From contig OY969763.1 in the NCBI GenBank assembly GCA_963702845.1, positions 2,048,001-2,112,000 on the forward strand: 64,000 bases of DNA. Reading direction: 5' to 3'. Within the stretch, counting starts at the first letter, position 1, and each line of letters opens with the position of its first letter. The DNA is from an uncultured Verrucomicrobiae bacterium. GTDB lineage: Bacteria > Verrucomicrobiota > Verrucomicrobiia > Limisphaerales > Palsa-1400. Under the pieces are notes generated by a model. It ran no database searches and was not told the DNA's origin. It saw nothing but the letters and a program-made list of their open reading frames with translations. The position numbers and the translations under genes are program-made. This document shows, piece after piece, positions 1-10,000 of this stretch.

Positions 1-994
1 GCGTCAGAAGATTTTGCCAGCCGAATGTTCGCAACGTGCGAACGAAGCACGTGACGACACAAACAACAATCGCCAACGCAACGATGCGGTGCACCATTTG
101 CAAAACGATCTGCGCCGGCGTGATAAACCCGTAAGCTTCTGAAGCGAGCCGCGTCTGGTTGTAGTGCGCCACTGAATCAGCGTCGGTCGCCGGCCACCAT
201 TTGCCGTAGGCGAGCGGGAAATCTGGAATGGCGAGGCCCGCGTGTTGATGGCGCATCGTGGCGCCGAGAATTAACTGCGCCAAAATCAGAATTGTCGTGA
301 CCGCATATAAGACCTTCACCGAACTCGCCACACTGCTGGACTGAAGTCTCTTCCAGAAATTTGTCTGGAATAACGCGATTGCAGAAACGAGGCAGAAAAA
401 CATTTGCGCGAGTGTCGCGTGAAAGATACCCAGTTCATCTTTCATTTCGGTAACACGCAAACCGCCGAGCACGCCTTGAATAACGACTGCGAAGAACGCA
501 ATCACCCCAAGCGTGCGCATCCATTTTGGGGAAGGTTCACAACGCGGCCAGACGAAGCTCGCAACCACGCCGATTAAACCGATCGCCGCGAGCAACAGGT
601 CTTCTGACAACCTGGCCGGACGAGCGATGGCGGCGCCAATTCCAGCAATTAAAAAGATCGCGCTGATCACGCGTAGGAATTTGCGCGACTTATATCCATA
701 CAGCCACAGGGCCAGAATGCTCGTCAGCAACCCGACTCCGGACGCGATCAGCCGATGGCTGTGCTCATAGAAAATCCCTCCGACCCATTTGCTGATCGGA
801 AAGAAAAACATGTTGTAGCCATAGGTGTTCGGCCAATCGGGGACGGCCATGCCCGCACCGTGGCTCGTGACTAATCCTCCAACCCACACGAGCGCGAAAG
901 TCATGACCGCAGTCAAAAGCGAAAACACGCGCAAAGGCGTGTTCACACTTCTCGGGCTTGCGTCCGAGGGATGATTTGAGACGGAATCGGACAC
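1..994 (-). CDS. ctaA: Heme A synthase COX15/CtaA family (3' end runs off the window)
   Basis: My translation from GTG at 994: ...VWVGGLVTSHGAGMAVPDWP...IFYEHSHRLIAS..., matching the CtaA motifs GxxVxxxxAGxxxPDWP and E-x-x-HR; hydrophobic. Not in the ORF track because no stop lies in the window. Confidence 0.88.
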   Translation of the reverse strand, partial: MSDSVSNHPSDASPRSVNTPLRVFSLLTAVMTFALVWVGGLVTSHGAGMAVPDWPNTYGYNMFFFPISKWVGGIFYEHSHRLIASGVGLLTSILALWLYGYKSRKFLRVISAIFLIAGIGAAIARPARLSEDLLLAAIGLIGVVASFVWPRCEPSPKWMRTLGVIAFFAVVIQGVLGGLRVTEMKDELGIFHATLAQMFFCLVSAIALFQTNFWKRLQSSSVASSVKVLYAVTTILILAQLILGATMRHQHAGLAIPDFPLAYGKWWPATDADSVAHYNQTRLASEAYGFITPAQIVLQMVHRIVALAIVVCVVTCFVRTLRTFGWQNLLT

Positions 995-1000
995 TAGCTC

Positions 1001-1711
1001 TTACTTCGGAACTTCAACGGTGAAATCGGCAGTGACCGGTGCGCCTTCGACCTTAACGGTCTTGGTTTCGCCGGGCTTGGTGCCGTGTGCCTTCAGGTGA
1101 TAAGCCGTCAGGGTGTAATCACCAGGAGGAACATTCTTGATCGTAAATTTGCCATTTTCATCAGTGATGGCGAAATACGGATTATCCACAACGCCAACAT
1201 AGGCCAGCATCCAGTCATGCACGTCGCACTTCACTTTAACGAGCACTTGCGGATGGCTGAACTTGCGCTCGTCAGTCTGACCTTGGAGCGGTTGTGCAAA
1301 ATTGAATTCTTCGCTCGACTCCTTCGGCAACGCATGGACGTTGTGCATGATTGCGTCGGAGTTCTTGATTTGAATCGGCTGATTCACCATCGCCCCGACG
1401 ATATACGGCTGATACATGCAGCTGGTTTGATTGAGTACAACGGGCGTGGTCGGAGCGTCGAACTTTTTGCCTTCCGCGCCTTTGGAGATATAAACGAAAA
1501 CGTTCGCCAATCCGCCGTCGCTCGAAACGACATAGCGCCGAGTGCTCGCAGGCGTCGTATGGAACGCGCCGCAATTCTGGTCGAACTTAATCGGAGTTTC
1601 AGGTGGCGGCGTGCCTTTGAGAGTGATTTTACCAGTGATATCGCCTGCGTAGCTCGATGCAGCTGCGACCGTCAATGCAAGTGCCGTCAGTGAAGCGGAA
1701 AGTTTATTCAT
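1001..1711 (-). CDS. Secreted protein with cupredoxin-like/carboxypeptidase-regulatory-like domains, of the type found in cytochrome oxidase loci
   Basis: Signal peptide MNKLSASLTALALTVAAASSYA; motifs NxD...HNVH, KCDVHDWM, TDENGKFTIKNVPPGDY; 6 bp upstream of ctaA. Start moved to the ATG at 1711. Confidence 0.7.
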   Translation of the reverse strand: MNKLSASLTALALTVAAASSYAGDITGKITLKGTPPPETPIKFDQNCGAFHTTPASTRRYVVSSDGGLANVFVYISKGAEGKKFDAPTTPVVLNQTSCMYQPYIVGAMVNQPIQIKNSDAIMHNVHALPKESSEEFNFAQPLQGQTDERKFSHPQVLVKVKCDVHDWMLAYVGVVDNPYFAITDENGKFTIKNVPPGDYTLTAYHLKAHGTKPGETKTVKVEGAPVTADFTVEVPK

Positions 1712-1800
1712 AGTGTATTCAATATCTGAATAATTGTTAAAAACTAGCATCGTGCTAAGTGAGTGCAAGAACTTTGTGAAACTTTTCACAAGCAGTTCGC

Positions 1801-2346
1801 TTACTCGGGAAGATTAGCAATAAAACTATCCTGCGTGCGCCAATATCGGATAAGTCGGATGCGCTTGGGTTCGGTGCTGTGCGCGAGCAGATCAACGTGC
1901 GGATTCGTTCGCGACTTCGCATGCGTAGAGATCGTAAATCGTGCGATGTGCTGCTCATTTTCCATGCTGCCAACGGCAGTCATCGTGCGTGAGACTAGTT
2001 CGTCCAAAGAGCCTGTTTGGAAAGGATGGATGTTGTTTTCGCCGGGAGCACCGTGCGGCTTTTCAGCGAATCCCATGGTTCCATAACATCCCATCACAGC
2101 TTCTTCTGTTGTCGCCAGCGGCACAGAAGAAAGAATGTCATGCAAAATTGCCGGAATGTCCGCGGGTAAATAAGTAACTACATCTTCATGTCCCATCGCT
2201 ACCTCTTGCTCGACTGGTTCCGCCGCAGCTTGATTAGACCGCGACAAACCGCTTGGACGCGACTCTGTTCGCGGGCGATTTGCGACAATAAAACCCACGG
2301 CCGCAGTCAAACCGACTGCAACCATCACGATGGCGAAAGCAAACAT
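1801..2346 (-). CDS. Hypothetical protein with N-terminal membrane anchor
   Basis: ORF with an N-terminal hydrophobic helix; no family recognised. Confidence 0.5.
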   Translation of the reverse strand: MFAFAIVMVAVGLTAAVGFIVANRPRTESRPSGLSRSNQAAAEPVEQEVAMGHEDVVTYLPADIPAILHDILSSVPLATTEEAVMGCYGTMGFAEKPHGAPGENNIHPFQTGSLDELVSRTMTAVGSMENEQHIARFTISTHAKSRTNPHVDLLAHSTEPKRIRLIRYWRTQDSFIANLPE

Positions 2347-2484
2347 GGATGTGACAATAGGGGAGCGGATTACGCTCTCGCAACGCAAAACTCTACGATG
2401 ATGACTTCGTTAGGCGTCGAGTTCGCTTCCAGGAGATTTGTTGATTCCGGGCGTTGATCAGGCAACTTGGTAGCGACCCGCAAA

Positions 2485-2841
2485 ATGAAATGTTTCAAAC
2501 ATCCCGTCGAAGCCCTTGGCGTTTGTGCTCATTGCGGCCGAGGAGTTTGTGCTGGTTGCGTGACGGATTTGAACGGCGCGCGCCTGGTCTGCTCCAATGC
2601 TTGCGCCGAAACCTTGGGACGGAATGAGAAAGCGCTCGAACTAATTTTGCAAAAGAGTCTGCAGACTGCAAAAGCCAGCGCGTTTTACTGTTACCTATGC
2701 GCCGCACTTTCCTTCGGTGCAGCGATTGCCGCCTATTACACCGCGCCAGTCCCGTTTCTCATTTGGTTTGCCGCCGGATGTGGTGCGGTGCTGCTGACTG
2801 CTGGGATTTGGTATAGCCGCGTCGCCCGTCGACAGCCATAA
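2485..2841 (+). CDS. B-box-like zinc-finger membrane protein
   Basis: CxxH...CxxCxxxxCxxC...CxxxC at the N-terminus and two C-terminal TM helices. Confidence 0.65.
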   Translation: MKCFKHPVEALGVCAHCGRGVCAGCVTDLNGARLVCSNACAETLGRNEKALELILQKSLQTAKASAFYCYLCAALSFGAAIAAYYTAPVPFLIWFAAGCGAVLLTAGIWYSRVARRQP

Positions 2842-2864
2842 CATCACACGTGCTTAGGACCTAA

Positions 2865-4298
2865 TCAAAGCGTGCTCTGCACCTTCCGTCGCGCGATGCG
2901 CCCCGTGGACTCGGTCAGCAAATTAATCCACATCTGCGCTTCCTTGGAACCGGCATCAAATGGATTTAACATGTGCAACGAGTTCCCGCCTTCCGCCCCA
3001 ATGATTTCCCAATCAATGTAGTAGGAGCAGCCTTCGTTTTTCAGTAACTGCATGGCTTGGGAACGAACGGCCGCACGGGTGTTAACCGGGGCGGCTAAGG
3101 TCGCTTCGTTGATTTCCTTCTGCGTCAACTGCCACGGCTTTGGCGTATTAGCGAGCGACAGGCCGAGGCTGCGTGCCGGGTCGACCTGGTGGAATTCGAG
3201 GTCCTGGCTCTTTAGCCAAGGATGGTTCCACGCGATTTTTTCCTGTTCGCAAAATTGTTGGAGCAGCCAGCGCTTGGTGATCCAGTCCACTTTGCCGACG
3301 AGCGTTTCCGGCTTCGTCGCGAGTGCCTGCAATACCTCACCCCAGATTTGGATGAGATCGTCCGTTTCCTGGTCGCGGCCTTTCAATTCCGACTTCGCGG
3401 CGGCGTGGTATTCCATCAACAAATGAACCGCATCCGCGCAACGCCCATCGGAGAGCTGAACCAGCCACGGGCCTTCAGGTTGATGCGATAAATTGCGGAA
3501 CGCGACAACCGCATCGGCCAAAACAATCTTCGGCACAGCATTCAACTCCAACAAATCGAGAACAATCGAAGTGGTGCCCACTTTCAGCAAAAGCGATGTT
3601 GGCAGAACGTTGGTGTCGCCGTGCAGCAGATGCAGTCGGCGATACTTGCGCGCATCGGCCAGAGGTTCGTCACGCGTGTTGATGATGGCGCGATTGAATT
3701 GCACCCACTCGAACAAATCGTTGTTGATGTAGTCAGCGCGCTGCGACATCTGGAACACGTTGTCCATGCCGGGACGCGCAAGTTCCCCGCGAGTTTCGGC
3801 AGCCATCGTTGCACCAACACGACCCGCGCTGACGTAAAGCATGCGTAACGTCAGGAAAGCGAGTAGGGAATGGACGTTCGTTTCCGTCAATGGCGCGCTG
3901 CGGCGGACGAGATAATTTTCATGGCATCCGAACGTCGCGCCGGAGTAGTGATCGATGTTGTTGCGAATGAAATTAATTTCGCGCTCAAGCCGCATCGATT
4001 TGAGCGCGTTCATCAAAATCGTATCACCGGCCTGGTCGTAGCGGAGGATATCAACGAGGCTCAGACATTCAGGTGTGCAATACTCCAGATGGCCCATGTC
4101 GATGTAGCAGCGGCCGCCGTTAAAAAGAAAACCGCCGTTCCCGGCGGGTTCATCCCAATCACGTTGGTGAACGTCGATCAGTCCATAGCGTTGGTCGCGG
4201 AAAACCCAATCGCGCACCCGAGTGATTGCGCTGGGCGTTCCCGGAAAATCATTCGTTAAACAACCGTATTCGGTCTCAAGACCAACGATGCGATTCAT
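2865..4298 (-). CDS. pafA: Pup/UBact-protein ligase PafA family
   Basis: GLETEYG, NGGRCYID..HLEYCTPEC, GCHENYL, RDEP..D..KYRRLH; position after prcA. Confidence 0.9.
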   Translation of the reverse strand: MNRIVGLETEYGCLTNDFPGTPSAITRVRDWVFRDQRYGLIDVHQRDWDEPAGNGGFLFNGGRCYIDMGHLEYCTPECLSLVDILRYDQAGDTILMNALKSMRLEREINFIRNNIDHYSGATFGCHENYLVRRSAPLTETNVHSLLAFLTLRMLYVSAGRVGATMAAETRGELARPGMDNVFQMSQRADYINNDLFEWVQFNRAIINTRDEPLADARKYRRLHLLHGDTNVLPTSLLLKVGTTSIVLDLLELNAVPKIVLADAVVAFRNLSHQPEGPWLVQLSDGRCADAVHLLMEYHAAAKSELKGRDQETDDLIQIWGEVLQALATKPETLVGKVDWITKRWLLQQFCEQEKIAWNHPWLKSQDLEFHQVDPARSLGLSLANTPKPWQLTQKEINEATLAAPVNTRAAVRSQAMQLLKNEGCSYYIDWEIIGAEGGNSLHMLNPFDAGSKEAQMWINLLTESTGRIARRKVQSTL

Positions 4299-4350
4299 AC
4301 TACCTATCCAGAAAATCTAAAAACTCACGCTAAAGTGCTGCTTCTCTTCA

Positions 4351-4382
4351 CTTCAGCCTTCAGCATTCATACTTTAGCCTTA
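4351..4382. repeat. Imperfect heptamer tandem repeat (CTTCAGC-like, 4 units) between prcA and pafA
   Basis: cttcagc cttcagc attcata ctttagc. Confidence 0.5.
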
Positions 4383-4384
4383 TT

Positions 4385-5125
4385 TCATAACCCCAACTCA
4401 GCCGCGCCCTGCGCCTGATACCGCGCCGCTCGCGCACCTTCTCGTGCCAACCAGCCAACTTCGACAACGCGGCCTTTTACAACCTCACGCCAACCCGCTT
4501 TTCGTTCCTGCTCGCTCGGCATTTTGTCGTCGAAATGTTTGTTCTCAACCAACATCCACCACGCCTGCATCAGGACTTCGGCAATTTGTTTACGATCCGT
4601 GACATTTTTGAAATTCTCATTCAACCATTTTTGCGCTGAGGCTTCACCCTCGGGCGTCGACGCCGCAGTGACGATCCCGCCAATCTGCATTTGAAATGAA
4701 CCATCGAAATGCAATCGGAACAACAGATCTTTGGCGGGCTCGTTGCCTAATTCGACCAGCAGCAATTCCACGAGAAACGGTGCGCTGTAAATTTGTTCGA
4801 AATTCGTTTTAAGCTGCGGGCTGAGTCCGAAGCTGATCAGTCGTCGCAGGCTGACATCTTCCGGCGCGCGGGTGAAAGCTTCCATGTGCGCGGCGTCGAT
4901 CGCCGCCTGGCGAATTTTCTCGATGTCCGCTGGATGGCCAAGGCCGGCGAGGCCGTGGCGGTCGAACAGCTCGAATACTTTTGATTGCCCGCTGCCGACG
5001 CCTACCAAAAGTATCCCGTCAGGCAAGCTGGCGGCAAAAACCGGCGCACCGCCCTTGAGCTGTTCGCGGACGTAATCACGGCGATTCGCGACCGCCTCTA
5101 ACCACCGATATGGTTCCTCTGTCAT
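4385..5125 (-). CDS. prcA: 20S proteasome alpha subunit
   Basis: N-terminal EEPYRW...RRDYVREQL, KVFELFDR; lies between the beta subunit and pafA. Confidence 0.85.
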   Translation of the reverse strand: MTEEPYRWLEAVANRRDYVREQLKGGAPVFAASLPDGILLVGVGSGQSKVFELFDRHGLAGLGHPADIEKIRQAAIDAAHMEAFTRAPEDVSLRRLISFGLSPQLKTNFEQIYSAPFLVELLLVELGNEPAKDLLFRLHFDGSFQMQIGGIVTAASTPEGEASAQKWLNENFKNVTDRKQIAEVLMQAWWMLVENKHFDDKMPSEQERKAGWREVVKGRVVEVGWLAREGARAARYQAQGAAELGL

Positions 5126-5167
5126 GATTTCTTTGTTTGTAGGAGAGAGGTAACGAGTCTCTAATCT

Positions 5168-5941
5168 CTACACGCCTAAAAATTCCTTCTGTTTCGCGTC
5201 CGCAATCGTTTCAACACCGTTTTCAGTCAGCAACTTCAACGTCGCAAACGTGTCACTCGCTGGATTGACGCCGCCAGTAGCAGAGTCGAACTCCGAAGCT
5301 GTCATCAACAGCCTCAAAGCAAATTTCACGGCCTCCTTGGTATTCATCTGCGAAGGTTTCGGTTTGCCGTAATTTTCTTCGAAGCTCAGGATGCTGCGAA
5401 TGGTGCCGGATCCAGAACCCGACGCCGCATAGCCAACAGCCTGGAACTGCGCCCCGAGCGGATCGTAGAAGAAAATACGCGGTTGGGCAGGGGAGACCGT
5501 GTGGTCCACGCCTGCGAACAACGGCACAACAATCCCAACCCCTTGCATCGTCATCGGAAGATTTTCGCGCAAAAGTCGGGCAAGAGCACGCACCCGCGCC
5601 GGCAAACTCAGCGGTTGCAGCTGGCTGCGTCGATAATACTCAAAAGACGTCTGCAACGTCCGCGCCATTTCGAAGGCCGTGGCCGGCACCCCGGCAATGG
5701 CGAGCAAAGACGTCGAATCAATCTCGATGATTTTATCAACGCGATCAGTGACAATCACGTTTCCAGCCGTGGCACGACGATCCCCGGCCATCAACACGCC
5801 ATCGGCACAGTGGAATGCGAAAACCGTGGTTGCCTGGGTTTGAACGGGAGCTGCCGCCGAAGATTCAACTCTGGACGGCGACACTCCTTGTGTCTTAAGC
5901 AGTGCGAAGAAATCGCCTGCAATAGCGTAACTGTGACTCAT
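5168..5941 (-). CDS. prcB: 20S proteasome beta subunit with propeptide
   Basis: TTVFAF (catalytic Thr1), AGDRRAT, VDKI, GSGS, DSATGG: Ntn-hydrolase motifs. Confidence 0.92.
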   Translation of the reverse strand: MSHSYAIAGDFFALLKTQGVSPSRVESSAAAPVQTQATTVFAFHCADGVLMAGDRRATAGNVIVTDRVDKIIEIDSTSLLAIAGVPATAFEMARTLQTSFEYYRRSQLQPLSLPARVRALARLLRENLPMTMQGVGIVVPLFAGVDHTVSPAQPRIFFYDPLGAQFQAVGYAASGSGSGTIRSILSFEENYGKPKPSQMNTKEAVKFALRLLMTASEFDSATGGVNPASDTFATLKLLTENGVETIADAKQKEFLGV

Positions 5942-6108
5942 TGGCCAGTGCGTTGGCGGTATCGTTTCGCCTGGTCGGGATCGACCTTGCGCATGCGTTT
6001 GAGCAATTCTTCAGTATTGGGTTTCTCTACTTTGGGAGCGCTGGGCCCCTCACCGCCGCCACCGCCACTCGGGGCGACCGGGCGATTTTTTTGAGCTTGG
6101 TCAGGCAT
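5938..6108 (-). CDS. ubact: Ubiquitin-like protein UBact (56 aa)
   Basis: My translation: MPDQAQKNRPVAPSGGGGGEGPSAPKVEKPNTEELLKRMRKVDPDQAKRYRQRTGQ. The C-terminus matches UBact (LLKRMR.VDP.QA..YRQRTG[QE]); ATGA overlap with the prcB start. Confidence 0.92.
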   Translation of the reverse strand: MPDQAQKNRPVAPSGGGGGEGPSAPKVEKPNTEELLKRMRKVDPDQAKRYRQRTGQ

Positions 6109-6300
6109 AATATTTAGCTTCTAAATTTTTCCCTAAACGCCTTTCACTAAAGTTCGCAGAAATTCAAAAGAGTTCAAGAGCCCTCTATCAAATATACATA
6201 TACGGAACCGTTGATATAAAAGGATATAGGTGCCCACCCTGTACGCCCCATGAAGGATTAAAACCCCCGTCTGCCCGCTCGGACGGTTCGCCCACCGAAA

Positions 6301-6342
6301 CGCGCCAGCGTCTTGGACTGCGCCAGCCCTATGTCGCTTTTG
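6301..6342. repeat. Possible degenerate REP-like element
   Basis: cgcgccagcgtcttggactgcgccagccctatgtcgcttttg resembles REP-type intergenic elements I associate with this lineage; single copy in the window. Confidence 0.3.
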
Positions 6343-6424
6343 CCCCATGACCGATCCTGTCTGAGCGGCGATTCTGGGGGCGACGACCAAATCGTCACGG
6401 TCCTTAACGAGGTGCTTACATGCA

Positions 6425-6453
6425 TTGACACATTAGCTACTTCACAATATACT
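6425..6453 (+). promoter_or_regulatory. Near-consensus sigma70 promoter
   Basis: TTGACA (6425-6430), 17-nt spacer, TATACT (6448-6453). Confidence 0.65.
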
Positions 6454-7019
6454 GCCCTGCTTCGGCACGTGTGTGTCGATTAACTAATGAACAGAAAGGC
6501 CAACAATGCAGCTAACCGTGAGGCCAAGTGGGGCCAAGCGCAACTTCGCAGCCGCAAATGCGGGGAAAGTTGCGAAATTGGCCTCCAATGTAAATACCGG
6601 TTGGTATCGACTTGTACCGGTCAGTATCGATTTAAAAAAAGAAATATTTTGTTCCTGCCACCCTCTGGCCGCATTAGGCACGAAATGGCACTCTTTGGCA
6701 CAGCTTGGTCGCACTTTTCCGCAAAAATATTTTTCACAGTTGAGCCCCCCTGACATTTGCAAGGAGCCCCGGTGCCAAACATCCTTTAAATGTTTGACTC
6801 CGGTAGCAGCTTCAGCTAGTCTCGCCTCCGCAGTTCGGCCAGTGCCGATCGACCAGGAGGATCTACGACCCAAGCGCGGAAATCAGTTTCGCCACAGTTG
6901 CATACCCATAGCAACCGGCTCGCCTCTTTTTGCCTATTTCAGTCCCTTGCGGGTTTTGTGCCGTTTTACGGCCAAATATGGACGTTTTCGTCCATTGCTG
7001 GTGGACAGCAATTTTCAAA

Positions 7020-7035
7020 CCACAAGATGTGGTGT
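7020..7035. promoter_or_regulatory. Palindromic operator, NrdR-box-like, upstream of smc
   Basis: ccacaagatgtggtgt (ACCACA-aga-TGTGGT palindrome) resembles the NrdR consensus acaCwAtATaTwGtgt; no second box found. Confidence 0.3.
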
Positions 7036-7081
7036 TTTTGTCTTTACACACTCGCACCAAACTTTATAACTACGCCAAACC

Positions 7082-10000
7082 ATGTATCTGAAGAATTTAA
7101 CGGTTTTAGGGTTTAAGTCCTTCGCGGACAAGACTTCCCTGAACTTTCAGCCGGGTGTAACCGCCATCGTAGGCCCCAATGGCTGCGGTAAGAGCAACGT
7201 CTCGGACGCTATTAGATGGGTACTCGGCGAACAATCGGCCAAAGCTTTGCGCGGCGGCGAAATGGCCGACGTCATCTTTAACGGCACCGACAGTCGCAAG
7301 CCTCTCAGCATGGCCGAAGTGTCCCTGACCCTCGGCGGCGTCGACGCAGAACACCTTCAAGCCGCCGGTGTGGAGATTGCCTATGATGAAGTGACTTTGA
7401 CCCGGCGCGTATTCCGCGATGGCGGCTCCGAATACTTCATCAACAAAACCCCGTGCCGCCTCAAAGACGTTCAGCAACTGTTCATGGGCACCGGCGTTGG
7501 CCGCACCAGTTACAGCATCATGGCGCAGGGCAACATCACCCAGATCCTGTCCAGCAAACCGGAAGATCGCCGGCTGATTTTCGAAGAAGCCGCCGGCATC
7601 ACCAAATTTAAGGCGCAGAAAAAAGAGGCCATGCGCAAGCTCGAGTATACCGAGCAAAATCTGTTGCGCGTCCAGGACCTCATTAGAGAAGTGAAACGCC
7701 AGATCGGCTCGCTGCAACGTCAGGCCGGCAAGGCGCGTCGTTACAAGCAGATCATGGGCGACCTCCAGCACCTCGATACGCAACTTGCCCGTCATCAACT
7801 CGACGTCTTGCAGGGCGACATTCGTGAGCGCAATGAACGCACGGAACAGTTGCGCGAGCAAGATCGAAGGCTTGAGCCAAAGCGTGTTAACCGGCGAAAC
7901 CGAAATCGCCCAATTGCGCGAACGGCTATCCGAACTCGAACAAGAAATCAGCCAGGCCCAACAGCAAGGTTTGCAGCTCAAGAGCGAAGCAGATCGTAAC
8001 GAGAGCCGGATTCATTTTAACGAAGAGCGTTTGCGCGAGTTGGAGCAACAAAATGCGCAAGCGACGACTGAGATCTCGCAGGCTGACGAGCGCAAGCTCG
8101 CCGCTGAACAGGAATTAACACAAGTCACAGAACGCCTCGCCATCTCTGCCGAGACACTGAAGGAGTTGCAAGCAACCCTGGAATCGCGCCGCCAGGCGTT
8201 GGTTGCGGTTGAATCGGAAGCCCGCGCCCAACAGGAAACGCTCAGGCGCGTGCAGCAGGAGGCCTTGCAAGCAGGGCAACAACTCGCGCGCGTGCGCAAT
8301 GAAATCACCGCGCTCGATTTGCAGAAGGAAGGCAACGCGGTTCGGCTACAGAAACTTTCGGCTGAAAAGGTCCAACTCGAGCAGGAACGCGTCGGCCTGG
8401 AAGAACGCCTCAAAGAATTTTCCGCAAATTTCGAAGTCGAAATGCTCAATGCGCAGACGCATCGCGGAACGGTGCAGGAACGCGAGCAGCGCCTGAAACA
8501 AATCGATCAGGAACTCAATTCAGCCAATCGCCAGCTTCAAGACCTTCTCCGTCTGCAGGCCGAAAAACGTTCCCGCTTGAACGTTCTCGAACAACTGCAA
8601 AACGACCACGAAGGTTTCTCCAGCGGTGCTCTGTCCGCGCTGCGCAACGCCCAGCAAGTTCTAGGTTCGCTCGCTGACAAAATCCGCGTTCCGAATGATT
8701 ACGTCGTCGCCATCGAATCCGCCCTCGGCCATCACCTCCAATTGGTCCTGACCCAGGCCCCGGAATCCGCCCAGCAAATCATCGACGACCTGCGCAACGG
8801 CAAAAAAGGCCGCGCCAGCATCGCCGCTGTCGACCTCGTATCGCAGGTCTCCGAACCTGCTGTATCGCCGGTTTCCAAACCGGCTGACGGTGCGCCTTTC
8901 CCAACCGGCTCAGCATTGGCATTAGACGTGGTAGAATGCGACGATCCCATTCGCCCTCTACTGGCACGTCTGCTCGGCAACACTTTAATCGTCGCACGAC
9001 CTGTCCGCGGCAACTGCTGCCTGGAAACAAACCAACGGCGCATTCAATTTCGTCACCCGCACTGGTGACCTGCTCAACAGCAGTGGCATCTTCACCGGTG
9101 GTGCCGGCGGCAACGACAAAGCTTCCGCCTCAATTCTCGGTCGAAAAAATCAAATCGCCGAATTGCAGACCGCTGCCAACACCTTGCAAGAGCAAGTCAA
9201 TGACGCCAGCAAAACCAAAGGTGCGTTGCTGAGCGAACAGACCCAGTTGCAAGCCAGCCTGCACGAAGCGAAGACCGAACTGCACACGCAGGAAGTGGCC
9301 ATCGCTACTCGTAAAGGCGAGTTCAACGCCCTGCAGAATTCTCAGCGCGTCCTCGAGCAAAAAGTGCAGACGGTGGTTTACGAAATCACCAGCCTCGCCG
9401 CACAAGAGGAAGAAGGTTTGCGCAAGCGCCAGGGAATGGCCGACCGCGTCGGGGCTTTGGAAGAGCAGGAGCGCACCGCCCTCGAAGCAGTCCAGAATTT
9501 GACCGCTGCCCTTGAAGGCTTGCGTCAGCAACGCGACGCCGCAACCACGGCGATGACTGAAACCAAAGTCGCCTATGCTTCCGAAGAACAGCTTTTAGCG
9601 TCGCTGCGAAATCAGCAAAAACCGCTGGAGTCGCGCATCACAGAACTCGCGCACCTCGCAGAGCAGCGACGCAATGAAATTCGCGCCTTCATCGACCGCA
9701 AGGCGCAAGCAGACCGTGAAAACATTCAGTCGCGCCACGCGATTGAAGCGTTGCAACAACAGCGCGAACAGGTGAACAACCAGGTCGCCGATTTGATTGC
9801 GAATAAAGATACGCAGGAGGAACAGATCGGAACCGCAGAGGAAGCGCTACGCGAACAACGCCGTTGCCTGACTGAATATCAGCAGCAACGCGGAACCATC
9901 GAGGTCGAACTCGCGCAGAAGAACATGGCCGCGCAAAATCTGCGCGACCGCATGCAGGAAAAATACCAGATCAATCTGGATGAGGTGCGCAGCGAGTGCA

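Noticed and set aside
2865..4298. Calling this gene dop
   Set aside because: GCHENYL, the C-terminal NPF motif and the position after prcA fit PafA better.
5483..6094. 203-aa plus-strand ORF and similar long antisense ORFs (e.g. 7106-7981, 23410-24189, 58954-59577)
   Set aside because: Shadow ORFs opposite well-supported genes in GC-rich DNA, with no recognisable motifs.
6133..7060. Minus-strand short ORFs as remnants of mpa or dop
   Set aside because: The translations show no AAA or Dop motifs.
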